DNA of 64,000 bases from NCBI GenBank assembly GCA_021738385.1, contig JAIPCF010000001.1, forward strand, positions 19,036 through 83,035, in the 5' to 3' direction. Origin of the DNA: Sulfuritalea sp. GTDB lineage: Bacteria; Pseudomonadota; Gammaproteobacteria; Burkholderiales; Rhodocyclaceae. The notes below the pieces were generated by a model. The model had not been told where the DNA came from, made no database searches, and was given only the letters and a program-made list of their open reading frames with translations. Below, one piece after another: positions 1-10,418 of the stretch. The translations under genes and the position numbers were made by a program. How positions within the stretch are numbered: position 1 is the stretch's first letter; each line of letters opens with the position of its first letter.

Positions 1-234
1 TTAACGCGCACTGGAATGATCCGAATTCCGCGGGACCTTCTGAGTCGATAAAGTGCCATTCCGTGGTCCCCCATCCTCGCACTGATGGCGGAAAGGGCAG
101 GCTTGGACTTTCTGGCGACACGACAGAAGCGCTTGCCGTGTTGAAGGAACGCAAAAAAATTGTAGTGGCCCTTCCGGGTTGTAATTTTGTTTCCGCTTCT
201 GGCGGGATGATTCATGAATCACTGAGGAGAAGTC

Positions 235-1344
235 ATGAAGGTTAAAGCTGCTGTTGCACACATGGCCGGAAAGCCGCTGTCCATCGAAACTGTTGATCTG
301 GACGGCCCGAGGGCCGGTGAGGTTCTGGTAGAGATCAAGGCAAGTGGGGTGTGTCATACCGACGCCTTCACACTGTCTGGCGATGATCCCGAAGGAATAT
401 TTCCGGCGATACTCGGTCATGAAGGGGCGGGCATTGTCGTTGAGGTGGGCTCGGGTGTGACCAGTGTCAAGCCTGGCGATCACGTCATTCCGCTGTACAC
501 CCCGGAATGTCGGCAGTGTGAATACTGCCTCTCGCAGAAGACCAACTTGTGCCAGGCCATACGTTCAACGCAGGGTCAGGGGCTGATGCCGGACGGCACC
601 AGCCGCTTCAGACTTGGCGGCAAACCGGTTTTTCACTACATGGGTACGTCAACATTTGCCAATTACTCGGTGATGCCCGAAATATCGGTAGCCAAAATTC
701 GCGAGGATGCCCCCTTCGACAAGGTCTGCTATATCGGTTGCGGAGTAACAACGGGTATCGGTGCGGTAATCAATACTGCAAAGGTGCAGGCGGGCGACAA
801 CGTAGTGATCTTCGGGCTGGGCGGAATTGGTCTCAATGTGATTCAGGGCGCGCGCATGGTCGGCGCAGGCATGATTGTTGGGGTCGATATCAATCCGGGC
901 CGTAAAGCGCTGGCAGAGAAGTTCGGAATGACGCATTTCGTCAATCCGAAAGAGGTTGAGGGCGATCTTGTTGCCTACCTTGTTAATCTCACCAAAGGCG
1001 GTGCCGACCACACATTCGAGTGCGTCGGCAATGTCAATCTGATGCGGCAGGCGCTGGAATGCTGCCACAAGGGTTGGGGTACCAGCACCATTGTTGGCGT
1101 GGCCGGTGCGGGGCAAGAAATTTCGACGCGGCCGTTTCAGCTGGTGACGGGCCGGGTCTGGAAGGGATCGGCTTTCGGCGGTGCCAGGGGCCGCACTGAT
1201 GTACCGAAAATCGTCGACTGGTACATGGATGGCAAGATAAATATTGACGACCTGATTACTCACGTAATGCCCGTGGAGAAAATCAATGATGCCTTCGATC
1301 TGATGCACGAAGGCAAGTCGATACGGTCTGTTGTGACGTTCTAG
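235..1344 (+). CDS. frmA: S-(hydroxymethyl)glutathione dehydrogenase / class III alcohol dehydrogenase
   Basis: GVCHTD and GHEGAG zinc motifs, CRQCEYC..C structural Zn site, GLGGIG NAD-binding, [13 protein letters not shown]; RBS gaggag. Confidence 0.97.
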   Translation: MKVKAAVAHMAGKPLSIETVDLDGPRAGEVLVEIKASGVCHTDAFTLSGDDPEGIFPAILGHEGAGIVVEVGSGVTSVKPGDHVIPLYTPECRQCEYCLSQKTNLCQAIRSTQGQGLMPDGTSRFRLGGKPVFHYMGTSTFANYSVMPEISVAKIREDAPFDKVCYIGCGVTTGIGAVINTAKVQAGDNVVIFGLGGIGLNVIQGARMVGAGMIVGVDINPGRKALAEKFGMTHFVNPKEVEGDLVAYLVNLTKGGADHTFECVGNVNLMRQALECCHKGWGTSTIVGVAGAGQEISTRPFQLVTGRVWKGSAFGGARGRTDVPKIVDWYMDGKINIDDLITHVMPVEKINDAFDLMHEGKSIRSVVTF

Positions 1345-1421
1345 AAGCCAGTGCCTATCCACGCAACAACAAGGAAGATTCGGCAGCCTTCGGCGTCGCT
1401 GCTGGCTGTCGAACCGAGAAG

Positions 1422-2309
1422 ATGACAATTACCAAAATCTCGCAATACAAATGTTTTGGCGGTATTCAAGGTGTGTATAGCCATGTCTCGCCAGAGACTG
1501 GTTGCACGATGCGTTTTGGCGTATTTATGCCACCGCAAGCGGCCGCTGGAGCGGTGTCCGTTCCGGTGCTCTACTGGCTTTCCGGTTTGACTTGCACCGA
1601 GGAAAATTTCGTCATAAAGGCCGGGGCGCAACGGGTCGCTGCGGAGCTGGGTATTGCCATCGTTACACCCGACACCAGTCCGCGAGGGCTTGATCTTGCG
1701 GGCGAGACAGACAGCTATGACTTCGGCACCGGCGCGGGTTTCTACGTCGATGCAACCCAGGAACCCTGGTCCAGGAACTATCACATGTATTCCTATGTCA
1801 CTCAGGAACTGCCGTGTTTGATCGCCGCCAATTTTTCCGTCGATCCCGCCCGGGTCGGAATTTTTGGTCATTCGATGGGCGGTCATGGTGCGCTCACGCT
1901 GGCGCTGCGCAGTCCGCATATCTACAAATCCGTTTCGGCCTTTGCCCCGATTTCTTCACCGATGCGTTGTCCCTGGGGTGAAAAGGCGCTGACCGGATAT
2001 TTAGGTCCGGATCGCGAAGCATGGCGTGACTACGATGCTACCGAGCTGATCAAGGTCCGTGGCTGGACGGGTCCTCCTTTGCTGATTGATCAAGGAAGCA
2101 GTGATCAATTTCTTGAAGAGCAGCTCAAGCTCGAACTCTTGCTGGAGGCTTGCGAGAGTGCCGGAGTTGCTATCGACCTGCGTATGCAAGAGGGATATGA
2201 TCACAGCTACTTCTTCATCGCCAGTTTTGTCGAAGACCATCTGCGCTTTCACGCGCGCAATCTGATCAAAGGAAAATCAGCCCTCAATGCAGCAACGAGT
2301 GCAGCTTAG
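1422..2309 (+). CDS. fghA: S-formylglutathione hydrolase (esterase D family)
   Basis: WLSGLTC, GAGFYVDAT, GHSMGG nucleophile, GYDHSYFF; follows frmA. Confidence 0.96.
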   Translation: MTITKISQYKCFGGIQGVYSHVSPETGCTMRFGVFMPPQAAAGAVSVPVLYWLSGLTCTEENFVIKAGAQRVAAELGIAIVTPDTSPRGLDLAGETDSYDFGTGAGFYVDATQEPWSRNYHMYSYVTQELPCLIAANFSVDPARVGIFGHSMGGHGALTLALRSPHIYKSVSAFAPISSPMRCPWGEKALTGYLGPDREAWRDYDATELIKVRGWTGPPLLIDQGSSDQFLEEQLKLELLLEACESAGVAIDLRMQEGYDHSYFFIASFVEDHLRFHARNLIKGKSALNAATSAA

Positions 2310-2315
2310 GCAAGA

Positions 2316-2364
2316 GCAGTCAGGGCGAGGAACCGGGGGGGGCGGCTTCGCGCCCTGACTGTTC
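2316..2364. terminator. Hairpin between convergent fghA and gfa (possible bidirectional terminator)
   Basis: gagcagtcagggcg...cgccctgactgttc inverted repeat; no clear U-tract. Confidence 0.55.
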
Positions 2365-2369
2365 GCGGA

Positions 2370-2942
2370 TTACGCCGCGACCTTGCTCTTGGCGATATGG
2401 GTCGAAATGGCATCCATCAATGGCGGCGACAGGCAGTCGTAAGGCTCCAACCCAAGCTCCTTGAGGCGGGCTCGGATTGCAGGCATTTGCGCCGGATCCG
2501 TACCCGTTTCAATAATCGACGAAACGAAAGCGGCAAATTCCGGAGGTGACCAGCCGCGTACTCCCGATAGTTCCGTATGGACGAAATCGAGACCATAGAA
2601 CGGATGAGCCTTGTTTTCGATGCGACCGAACATATGGACACCACAACCGGTGCAGGCATGGCGCTGAATGGCCGAACTGGGATCGACGATTTTCAGCTTC
2701 TCTTCATGCGCCGTTACTTTGAGTTTGTCACGTGAAACGACTGCGACTTGCGAGAACAAGGCTCCCTCCGGCTTCCAGCATTTGCTGCAACCGCAGGCGT
2801 GGTTATGCGCGGTTTGTGCGCTGATCGTGACTTCAACTCGATCCGATGGACACCGGCAGTGAAGAACTCCTCCTTCAAAACCCGGCAGCGCCGGCAAAGG
2901 GCCGCTATCTATTGCTGGATGAATCTTTACAGAATTGCTCAT
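2370..2942 (-). CDS. gfa: Glutathione-dependent formaldehyde-activating enzyme (S-(hydroxymethyl)glutathione synthase)
   Basis: IHPAID start, [13 protein letters not shown] and RHACxxCGVHM motifs, YDCLSP; start re-called at ATG 2942 behind gaggagg RBS. Confidence 0.95.
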   Translation of the reverse strand: MSNSVKIHPAIDSGPLPALPGFEGGVLHCRCPSDRVEVTISAQTAHNHACGCSKCWKPEGALFSQVAVVSRDKLKVTAHEEKLKIVDPSSAIQRHACTGCGVHMFGRIENKAHPFYGLDFVHTELSGVRGWSPPEFAAFVSSIIETGTDPAQMPAIRARLKELGLEPYDCLSPPLMDAISTHIAKSKVAA

Positions 2943-3298
2943 GAGCCATTTCCTCCTCCCGTATCGGGACGTGGTGACCAGAGGGTAGATTGGGACAATC
3001 CGCCTCAGGCTTTCGATTGTTAACAACCGGGAACAGCCAGCGGTGTTCCCTCCCTGCGTTGCGGCGCCGTACTTGTATTTTCTTGGCGCGACAAGCGCAA
3101 CTTGCGTTGCGTCTTGCTATCCGAAACGTAATCCGGCTGACCGGATTGGACAATCAGGATGAATACCTAGTGAAGTGAAGGTTGTCCCTGACAGGCCCAA
3201 GGCGGCTTTTCAGGAAGGGTCTCTTCGAGGGAGGTCAGGCGGCCAACATGGTAGACTCGACTTTCCTTGCGTCTCATCTCTTTTCTGATTAATTCTCA

Positions 3299-4405
3299 AT
3301 GTCCGGCAACACTTTCGGCTCCCTTTTCAGTGTCACTTCGTTCGGTGAATCTCATGGCCCAGCCATTGGCTGTGTGGTTGACGGTTGTCCGCCGGGTCTG
3401 GAAATATCGACGGCAGAAATCCAGGCTGATCTCGATCGGCGCAAGCCGGGAACATCGCGTCATGTCACTCAGCGACGCGAATCGGACACGGTCGAGATTC
3501 TCTCCGGCGTATTTGAAGGCCGCACCACGGGTACGCCGATTGGTTTGCTGATCCGCAATGAAGACCAGCGCAGCAAGGACTACGGCAATATTGCCGAGAC
3601 ATTTCGTCCGGGGCATGCCGACTACACTTACTGGCAGAAGTACGGCATTCGCGACCATCGCGGCGGTGGCCGCTCTTCGGCGCGTGAGACCGCGGTTCGC
3701 GTCGCTGCGGGCGCCATAGCGCGCAAATGGCTCCAGCAACGCTACGGCGTGACGGTGCGCGGTTGGATGAGCCAGTTGGGCAGCATCAAGATTCCATGGG
3801 GGGACGAGGCAGCTATTCATACCAATCCCTTCTTCGTCGCCAATGCCGAAATCGTTCCGCAATTGGAAGACTACATGGATGCCCTGCGCAAGTCAGGCGA
3901 TTCGGTGGGTGCGGAAATTTCGGTCGTGGCACGAGGTGTACCTGTTGGCTGGGGCGACCCGGTATACGGCCGCCTCGATGCCGATATTGCATACGCCATG
4001 ATGGGCATCAACGCCGTCAAGGGCGTCGAAATCGGTGCCGGTTTTGAATCGGTGACACAGAAGGGAAGTGAACACGGCGACGAACTTACCCCTGAGGGTT
4101 TCCTTGGCAACAATGCCGGCGGGGTACTGGGTGGCATCTCCACCGGACAGGATGTGGTGGTGAAGATGGCTGTCAAACCGACATCGAGTATCCGGTTGCC
4201 GAGGCGCACCATCAATCTCGCCGGTGAACCGGCGATGATAGAAACCCATGGCCGACATGATCCTTGCGTCGGCATTCGCGCCACGCCGATTGCCGAAGCC
4301 ATGCTGGCGCTGGTCTTGATTGATGCCGCGCTTCATCATCGGGCGCAGTGCGCCGATGTGGAGTGCCCGACGCCAAGAGTTCCGGCTCGGCCAAAGGTAA
4401 AATAG
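3299..4405 (+). CDS. aroC: Chorismate synthase
   Basis: [28 protein letters not shown] motifs. Confidence 0.98.
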   Translation: MSGNTFGSLFSVTSFGESHGPAIGCVVDGCPPGLEISTAEIQADLDRRKPGTSRHVTQRRESDTVEILSGVFEGRTTGTPIGLLIRNEDQRSKDYGNIAETFRPGHADYTYWQKYGIRDHRGGGRSSARETAVRVAAGAIARKWLQQRYGVTVRGWMSQLGSIKIPWGDEAAIHTNPFFVANAEIVPQLEDYMDALRKSGDSVGAEISVVARGVPVGWGDPVYGRLDADIAYAMMGINAVKGVEIGAGFESVTQKGSEHGDELTPEGFLGNNAGGVLGGISTGQDVVVKMAVKPTSSIRLPRRTINLAGEPAMIETHGRHDPCVGIRATPIAEAMLALVLIDAALHHRAQCADVECPTPRVPARPKVK

Positions 4406-4446
4406 GCTGAGTCAAAATTCGTAAATAGCAAATACTAGGATATGCA

Positions 4447-4692
4447 ATGAACGTTGATCACCACGACCTGCTTCACGAACTGCCTGAGTACGCAGAGTCC
4501 ATTCATACGCTAAAAATGGGCAACCTGCATTTCGCCAAGCTGTTCGACGAATACCACTCGCTGACCGATCAAATCGAGGAACTTGAGATCAAGGATTCTC
4601 CGGTTGCCGATCTGGCGCTTGAGGAAATGAAAAAGCAGCGCCTGAAGCTCAAGGATGAGCTTTACGCCATGCTTCTGGCCCACAAAGCCTGA
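4447..4692 (+). CDS. YdcH/DUF465 family small coiled-coil protein
   Basis: HFAKLFDEYH...KKQRLKLKDEL pattern. Confidence 0.85.
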   Translation: MNVDHHDLLHELPEYAESIHTLKMGNLHFAKLFDEYHSLTDQIEELEIKDSPVADLALEEMKKQRLKLKDELYAMLLAHKA

Positions 4693-4748
4693 AGAGGGGA
4701 CGCAGTCGTAAGTAGCGGAGCCGCCGGCAACGGTTGGCGGTAGTTGTC

Positions 4749-5900
4749 ATGGCGCAAAGCGAGCGTTTGTCCGCTTGGTATTTCTGGTATTTCGCCTTCA
4801 TTGGCGCATTCCTGCCGTACTTTTCTCTCTACCTGCAGTCCATCGGTCTTTCTGCCGGGCGCATCGCGGTATTGATGTCGCTCGGGCAGTTCATGCGCCT
4901 GCTCGCGCCATTGCTTTGGGGCTGGCTTGCCGACAGCGGTGGTCGGCGAGTGCGTATTGTTGTTGCGTCGACGGCCGCCGCTGTGGCCAGCTATGCCGTG
5001 GTGTTTTTGACGCAGGATTTTGTCGCGCTGTTGATCGGCATGGCGGTTCTCCACTTCTTCTGGAGCGCATCGTTGCCTTTGGTGGAGGCGCTAACATTGG
5101 GACATCTTGCTTCTCATCCGGAACGCTATGGGCGTATCCGGCTTTGGGGCTCCATTGGTTTTATTGCCGCCGTGATGGGGGTCGGCTTTTTGCTCGACTT
5201 GGCGCCGATCAGCTCGCAACTCTGGGTGAGTTGGGCCTTGCTCCTGGGCACGTTTCTGAGCGCCCTGACACTGGTTGAAGTCAAGGGGCACGCCGGTCAG
5301 GTGGCAGGGCCGATTCGGGATGTGCTGCGCCAGCGTAAAGTTGTCTTTTTGCTGGCTGCCGGGCTGTTCATGATGGCGGCGCACGGCGCCTTGTACGTCT
5401 TCTATTCGATCCACCTGGTGGTGCAGGGTTATGACAAGACCGTGGTCGGAACCCTGTGGACTCTGGGTGTCGTTGCAGAAATCGTCGTATTCCTGTTCAT
5501 GCCGAGGATTTCAGCGCGGATATCCTTGCGGCAGATCTTGCTGGCCTGCTTTGCCTTGGCTGCTTTGCGTTTCCTGCTGATCGGCTGGGCGGTCGAGTTC
5601 ATCGGCGTGTTGATTTTTGCGCAACTACTGCATGGCGCCAGCTTCGGCGCTCACCACGCGGCGACCATGGCGGCGCTCAATCGCTGGTTCGCAGCGCGGC
5701 AACAGGCAAGGGCGCAGGCCTTGTATGGCAGCATCGCTTACGGTGCAGGTGGATTGGGCGGTGCATTGCTGGCGGGAGCCTTGTGGGAAAGTGCCGGAGC
5801 CGGGATCACCTTCAGTGCCGCATCATTACTTGCCCTGGTGGGCTTGATTCTTGTCTGGCGCGGGGTTCCGGGCGATCCAGCGAGCGCTGCTGTGCGATAA
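4749..5900 (+). CDS. MFS transporter (MFS_1_like / 3-phenylpropionate-transporter-like)
   Basis: ~12 hydrophobic segments, YGRIRLWGSIGF motif; start re-called at ATG 4749. Confidence 0.88.
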   Translation: MAQSERLSAWYFWYFAFIGAFLPYFSLYLQSIGLSAGRIAVLMSLGQFMRLLAPLLWGWLADSGGRRVRIVVASTAAAVASYAVVFLTQDFVALLIGMAVLHFFWSASLPLVEALTLGHLASHPERYGRIRLWGSIGFIAAVMGVGFLLDLAPISSQLWVSWALLLGTFLSALTLVEVKGHAGQVAGPIRDVLRQRKVVFLLAAGLFMMAAHGALYVFYSIHLVVQGYDKTVVGTLWTLGVVAEIVVFLFMPRISARISLRQILLACFALAALRFLLIGWAVEFIGVLIFAQLLHGASFGAHHAATMAALNRWFAARQQARAQALYGSIAYGAGGLGGALLAGALWESAGAGITFSAASLLALVGLILVWRGVPGDPASAAVR

Positions 5901-5930
5901 TCAGCGACCCACGCTGAGGCTTCATTCATC

Positions 5931-7337
5931 ATGTCAAAGACGCTTTACGAAAAACTCTGGAACAGCCACGTCGTCCATGTCGAAGAAGATGGCACGGCGC
6001 TGCTTTATATCGATCGCCACCTGGTTCATGAGGTCACCAGTCCGCAGGCCTTTGAAGGTCTGAAACTGGCGAATCGCAAGCCCTGGCGTATTTCATCGAT
6101 AGTCGCCACGGCGGATCACAACACACCAACATCGCACTGGGAACTCGGCATCCAGGATCCCATCTCACGCCAGCAGGTGGAAACACTCGACGCCAATATT
6201 CGCGAAGTGGGCGCACTGGCTTACTTTCCGTTCAAGGACCGTCGCCAGGGAATCGTGCATGTGGTTGGGCCGGAAAATGGCGCAACCCTGCCCGGCATGA
6301 CGGTGGTGTGTGGCGATTCGCACACATCGACGCATGGCGCTTTTGCTTGCCTTGCTCATGGTATTGGCACATCTGAAGTCGAACATGTGCTGGCGACTCA
6401 ATGCTTGTTGCAGAAGAAGTCGAAGACCATGCTGGTGCGGGTAGAGGGAATAGTCGGCTCTGGCGTTACGGCAAAGGACATTGTTCTGGCGCTGATCGGT
6501 CGTATCGGCACCGCTGGCGGCAACGGTTACGCGATTGAATTCGGCGGCTCGGCGATTCGGGCACTTTCAATGGAAGGTCGCATGACGGTATGCAACATGG
6601 CGATCGAAGCCGGCGCTCGGGTAGGTTTCGTTGCTGCCGACGAGACCACCATCGCCTATCTTAAGGGCCGTAGCTTCGCGCCGAAAGGTGACGACTGGGA
6701 CAAGGCTGTCGCCTATTGGCGCACCTTGGTTTCAGATCCGGACGCTCGTTTCGACGCGGTGATCGAGATGGACGCACGCCAAGTCGTGCCGCAGGTGACC
6801 TGGGGCACCTCGCCGGAGATGGTTACCGGGATTGATGGCGAAGTGCCGGCGCCCGAGGACTTCAAGGATCCGGTGAAGAGCGAAGGCGTCACTCGGGCAT
6901 TGCAGTACATGGGTTTGACGCCGCGCACGCGGATCGATGCCATCAAGATCGACAAGGTCTTCATCGGTTCCTGCACCAATTCGCGTATAGAAGACTTGCG
7001 CGCTGCGGCGGTTGTGGCCAGGGGGCGCAAGGTTGCTGCCAATGTAAAGCTGGCATTGGTGGTTCCTGGATCAGGCCTGATCAAGGAACAGGCCGAGGCA
7101 GAAGGGTTGGACAAGATATTCATTGCCGCGGGATTCGATTGGCGGCAGCCCGGTTGCTCGATGTGCCTGGCCATGAATGACGACCGCCTTGAGCCTGGCG
7201 AGCGTTGTGCTTCGACATCGAACCGTAACTTCGAGGGGCGGCAGGGTGCGGGGGGCCGGACTCATCTGGTCAGCCCGGCGATGGCTGCGGCCGCGGCGAT
7301 TGCTGGTCGCTTTGCCGATGTTCGTGACTTGTTGTGA
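5931..7337 (+). CDS. leuC: 3-isopropylmalate dehydratase large subunit
   Basis: [45 protein letters not shown]. Confidence 0.98.
   Translation: MSKTLYEKLWNSHVVHVEEDGTALLYIDRHLVHEVTSPQAFEGLKLANRKPWRISSIVATADHNTPTSHWELGIQDPISRQQVETLDANIREVGALAYFPFKDRRQGIVHVVGPENGATLPGMTVVCGDSHTSTHGAFACLAHGIGTSEVEHVLATQCLLQKKSKTMLVRVEGIVGSGVTAKDIVLALIGRIGTAGGNGYAIEFGGSAIRALSMEGRMTVCNMAIEAGARVGFVAADETTIAYLKGRSFAPKGDDWDKAVAYWRTLVSDPDARFDAVIEMDARQVVPQVTWGTSPEMVTGIDGEVPAPEDFKDPVKSEGVTRALQYMGLTPRTRIDAIKIDKVFIGSCTNSRIEDLRAAAVVARGRKVAANVKLALVVPGSGLIKEQAEAEGLDKIFIAAGFDWRQPGCSMCLAMNDDRLEPGERCASTSNRNFEGRQGAGGRTHLVSPAMAAAAAIAGRFADVRDLL
6449..6472 (+). repeat. Dispersed 24-bp motif copy 1 (in leuC)
   Basis: AATAGTCGGCTCTGGCGTTACGGC; 2 mismatches to consensus AAWASTCGGCGCTGGCRAYACGGC. 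Confidence 0.8.
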
Positions 7338-7348
7338 GGAGAAAAACT

Positions 7349-7468
7349 GTGTTCCGTGTACTCATTCTAGTTTCCATGCTGCTTGCAGTCTCGGCCTGCA
7401 ATACCGTAAAGGGTATTGGCAAGGACATCAAAAAGGGTGGTGAAGCCATCGAGAAGTCGGTCAAGTAA
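7349..7468 (+). CDS. Entericidin A/B family lipoprotein, 39 aa (below the ORF-track cutoff)
   Basis: GTG start after gaggag RBS; [39 protein letters not shown] has lipobox VSA-C and CNTxxGxGKDI signature; TAATG coupling to leuD. Confidence 0.92.
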   Translation: MFRVLILVSMLLAVSACNTVKGIGKDIKKGGEAIEKSVK

Positions 7469-8106
7469 TGGATAAATTCATCAAGCTTGAAGGGCTCGTG
7501 GCTCCGCTCGATCGGGCCAATGTCGATACCGACGCCATCATCCCCAAGCAGTTCCTCAAATCGATCAAGCGCTCCGGCTTCGGTCCCAACGCGTTTGATG
7601 AGTGGCGCTATCTCGATCAGGGCGCGCCTGGGCAGGACAGCGCGAAGAGAGTGAAGAATCCTGATTTTGTTCTCAACCAGGAGCGCTACCAGGGTGCTTC
7701 GATTCTGCTTGCACGCAGCAATTTTGGTTGTGGCTCGTCGCGAGAACATGCGCCGTGGGCACTGCACGATTTTGGCTTTCGGGCCATCATCGGCGAATCA
7801 TTTGCCGACATTTTCTTCAACAACTGCTTTAAAAACGGATTGCTGCCCATCGTCTTGCCCAAGGCCGAAATCGACGCGCTGTTTGGTTTGACTGAACATT
7901 CACCGGGCTATCGGTTGACGGTCGATTTGCCTTCTCAGTTGGTCGTGCGTCCCGACGGATACGCGATTCATTTCGAGGTCGATGCCTTCCGCAAGGAATG
8001 CATGCTTAATGGGTGGGACGATATTGGCTTGACCCTGCGTCATGCCGAGAAGATCCGTGAATTCGAAGCTCGCCGTCGTACTGAGCAACCCTGGTTATTT
8101 GCGTAG
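7468..8106 (+). CDS. leuD: 3-isopropylmalate dehydratase small subunit
   Basis: [26 protein letters not shown]. Confidence 0.98.
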   Translation: MDKFIKLEGLVAPLDRANVDTDAIIPKQFLKSIKRSGFGPNAFDEWRYLDQGAPGQDSAKRVKNPDFVLNQERYQGASILLARSNFGCGSSREHAPWALHDFGFRAIIGESFADIFFNNCFKNGLLPIVLPKAEIDALFGLTEHSPGYRLTVDLPSQLVVRPDGYAIHFEVDAFRKECMLNGWDDIGLTLRHAEKIREFEARRRTEQPWLFA

Positions 8107-8116
8107 AGGATTCTTG

Positions 8117-9181
8117 ATGAAGATTTGTGTTCTACCCGGCGACGGTATTGGGCCGGAAATCATGACCGAGGCGGTTCGGGTATTGCAGGTACTCGATCTC
8201 AAGTTCGAGTTGGAGGAAGCCTTGCTGGGCGGCTGCGCAGTGGACGCCACGGGCGAGCCCTATCCTGAAGCCACCCGGAAACTGGCACAGGAGGCTGATG
8301 CGGTTCTGCTCGGCGCAGTGGGTGGTCCTCAATGGGACAGCAATCCTCGTGAACAACGCCCAGAGCGCGGACTGCTTGGAATTCGAAAGCATCTCGGACT
8401 GTTTGCGAATTTGCGCCCGGCGATCCTCTATCCCGAGTTGGCCAATGCTTCGACACTCAAGCCGGAAGTGGTGGCCGGATTGGACATTCTGATCGTGCGC
8501 GAATTGACCGGCGACATCTATTTTGGCCAGCCACGCGGAATCGAAACACGCGATGTGGATGGCAAGATGCAGCGTTTTGGTTTCAATACCATGCATTACA
8601 CCGAGAGCGAGATCCGGCGAATTTTGCGGGTGGCCTTTGAGGCATCGCGCAAGCGCAATCGCAAAGTCTGCTCGGTAGACAAGATGAATGTGCTCGAGTG
8701 CACTCAGCTGTGGCGCGACGTTGCAATCGAGACCGCACTCGAATACCCAGATGTTGAGCTTTCACATATGCTGGTCGATAACGCGGCGATGCAACTGGTG
8801 AAAGACCCAAAGCAGTTTGACGTCATGGTCACCGGCAACATGTTTGGCGACATACTCTCGGACGAGGCCTCGATGCTGACGGGTTCGATCGGCATGCTGC
8901 CTTCGGCTTCGCTGGATGAGAACAACAAGGGGCTGTATGAGCCATCACACGGTTCGGCACCCGATATCGCAGGAAAGGGCGTTGCCAATCCGTTGGCGAC
9001 GATTCTTTCGGTGGCTATGATGCTACGCTATACGTTCGCCAACGAGGTAGCGGCGGGGCGTATTGAGACTGCGGTAAAGAAAGTGCTGGCGAAAGGCTTG
9101 CGAACAGGCGATATTTACGAAACTGGAACGCAAAAAGTTGGAACCAGGGAAATGGGTGACGCGGTGCTAGCCGCGCTGTAA
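8117..9181 (+). CDS. leuB: 3-isopropylmalate dehydrogenase
   Basis: [40 protein letters not shown]; start re-called at ATG 8117. Confidence 0.98.
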   Translation: MKICVLPGDGIGPEIMTEAVRVLQVLDLKFELEEALLGGCAVDATGEPYPEATRKLAQEADAVLLGAVGGPQWDSNPREQRPERGLLGIRKHLGLFANLRPAILYPELANASTLKPEVVAGLDILIVRELTGDIYFGQPRGIETRDVDGKMQRFGFNTMHYTESEIRRILRVAFEASRKRNRKVCSVDKMNVLECTQLWRDVAIETALEYPDVELSHMLVDNAAMQLVKDPKQFDVMVTGNMFGDILSDEASMLTGSIGMLPSASLDENNKGLYEPSHGSAPDIAGKGVANPLATILSVAMMLRYTFANEVAAGRIETAVKKVLAKGLRTGDIYETGTQKVGTREMGDAVLAAL

Positions 9182-9200
9182 TTCTGAAAAGAGAAAGATC

Positions 9201-10310
9201 ATGAAGCGTGTAGGGCTAGTGGGTTGGCGTGGGATGGTGGGTTCGGTGCTGATGCAGCGCATGCGCGAGGAGGGCGATTTCGCCTTCATCGAGCCGATTT
9301 TTTTCACGACATCAAACCCTGGTGGCAAGGCGCCTGACTTTGTCGTTGGCGCGCCGCCACTCATCGATGCAAGGAATGTCGATCAACTGAAAACGATGGA
9401 TATCGTCATCAGTTGCCAGGGTGGCGACTACACCAACGAGGTTTTTCCGAAGTTGCGTGATGCCGGCTGGAAGGGGCACTGGATTGACGCGGCATCGGCG
9501 CTGCGCATGAAGGACGACACGGTGATCATTCTTGACCCAGTGAATCTGGAAGTGATCAAGAATAGTTTGAGCAATGGCGGGCGCAACTGGATCGGCGGCA
9601 ACTGCACGGTGAGTCTGATGCTGATGGCGCTCGGCGGTTTGTTCAAGGCGGGTCTGGTGGAGTGGATGACCTCGATGACCTATCAGGCTGCTTCCGGTGC
9701 TGGCGCACAGAACATGCGTGAATTGCTGATTCAGATGGGCGAGACGCATCGCGTTGTGAAAGGCCTGCTTGACGATCCGGCTTCCGCGATTCTCGACATC
9801 GATCGGGAGGTTGCCGGCATTCTGCGTGACGAGAGTTTCCCCACGGCGAACTTTGGTGTGCCGCTGGCGGGTTCGCTGATTCCCTGGATTGACAAGGATC
9901 TGGGCAATGGTCAAAGCAAGGAAGAATGGAAGGGGCAGGCCGAAACCAACAAGATTCTTGGTCGAGGCGCAGAACCCATTCCGGTCGACGGCATCTGTGT
10001 TCGCATTGGTGCCATGCGCTGCCACTCACAGGCATTTACGATCAAACTTTCGAAGGATGTACCTCTGGACGAGATCAGCGGCATATTGGCGGCGCATAAC
10101 GATTGGGTTAAGGTCGTGCCGAATCAACGTGAGTTGTCCATGAAGGAGCTGACACCTACCGCCGTGACAGGGACTCTGGGTGTTCCGGTCGGCCGACTGC
10201 GCAAACTCAGCATGGGTCCAGAGTATCTTTCCGCGTTTGCAGTTGGCGATCAGCTTCTTTGGGGCGCTGCCGAGCCATTGCGGCGTATGCTCCGTATTCT
10301 GTTGCATTGA
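9201..10310 (+). CDS. asd: Aspartate-semialdehyde dehydrogenase
   Basis: [34 protein letters not shown]. Confidence 0.98.
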   Translation: MKRVGLVGWRGMVGSVLMQRMREEGDFAFIEPIFFTTSNPGGKAPDFVVGAPPLIDARNVDQLKTMDIVISCQGGDYTNEVFPKLRDAGWKGHWIDAASALRMKDDTVIILDPVNLEVIKNSLSNGGRNWIGGNCTVSLMLMALGGLFKAGLVEWMTSMTYQAASGAGAQNMRELLIQMGETHRVVKGLLDDPASAILDIDREVAGILRDESFPTANFGVPLAGSLIPWIDKDLGNGQSKEEWKGQAETNKILGRGAEPIPVDGICVRIGAMRCHSQAFTIKLSKDVPLDEISGILAAHNDWVKVVPNQRELSMKELTPTAVTGTLGVPVGRLRKLSMGPEYLSAFAVGDQLLWGAAEPLRRMLRILLH

Positions 10311-10418
10311 AGTTGCGTGCCGAGCACAGGCTAAACATGATGCGAAGGTTGAGCTTGCATCGCTAACACCATGATGTTATTTTGATAACATGATAAAAAT
10401 CCGTCGGGAGTCACCATA

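Noticed and set aside
3083-3099. sigma54-like TGGCGCG-N4-GCGCA
   Set aside because: Poor -12 element, and it points toward housekeeping aroC ~200 bp away.
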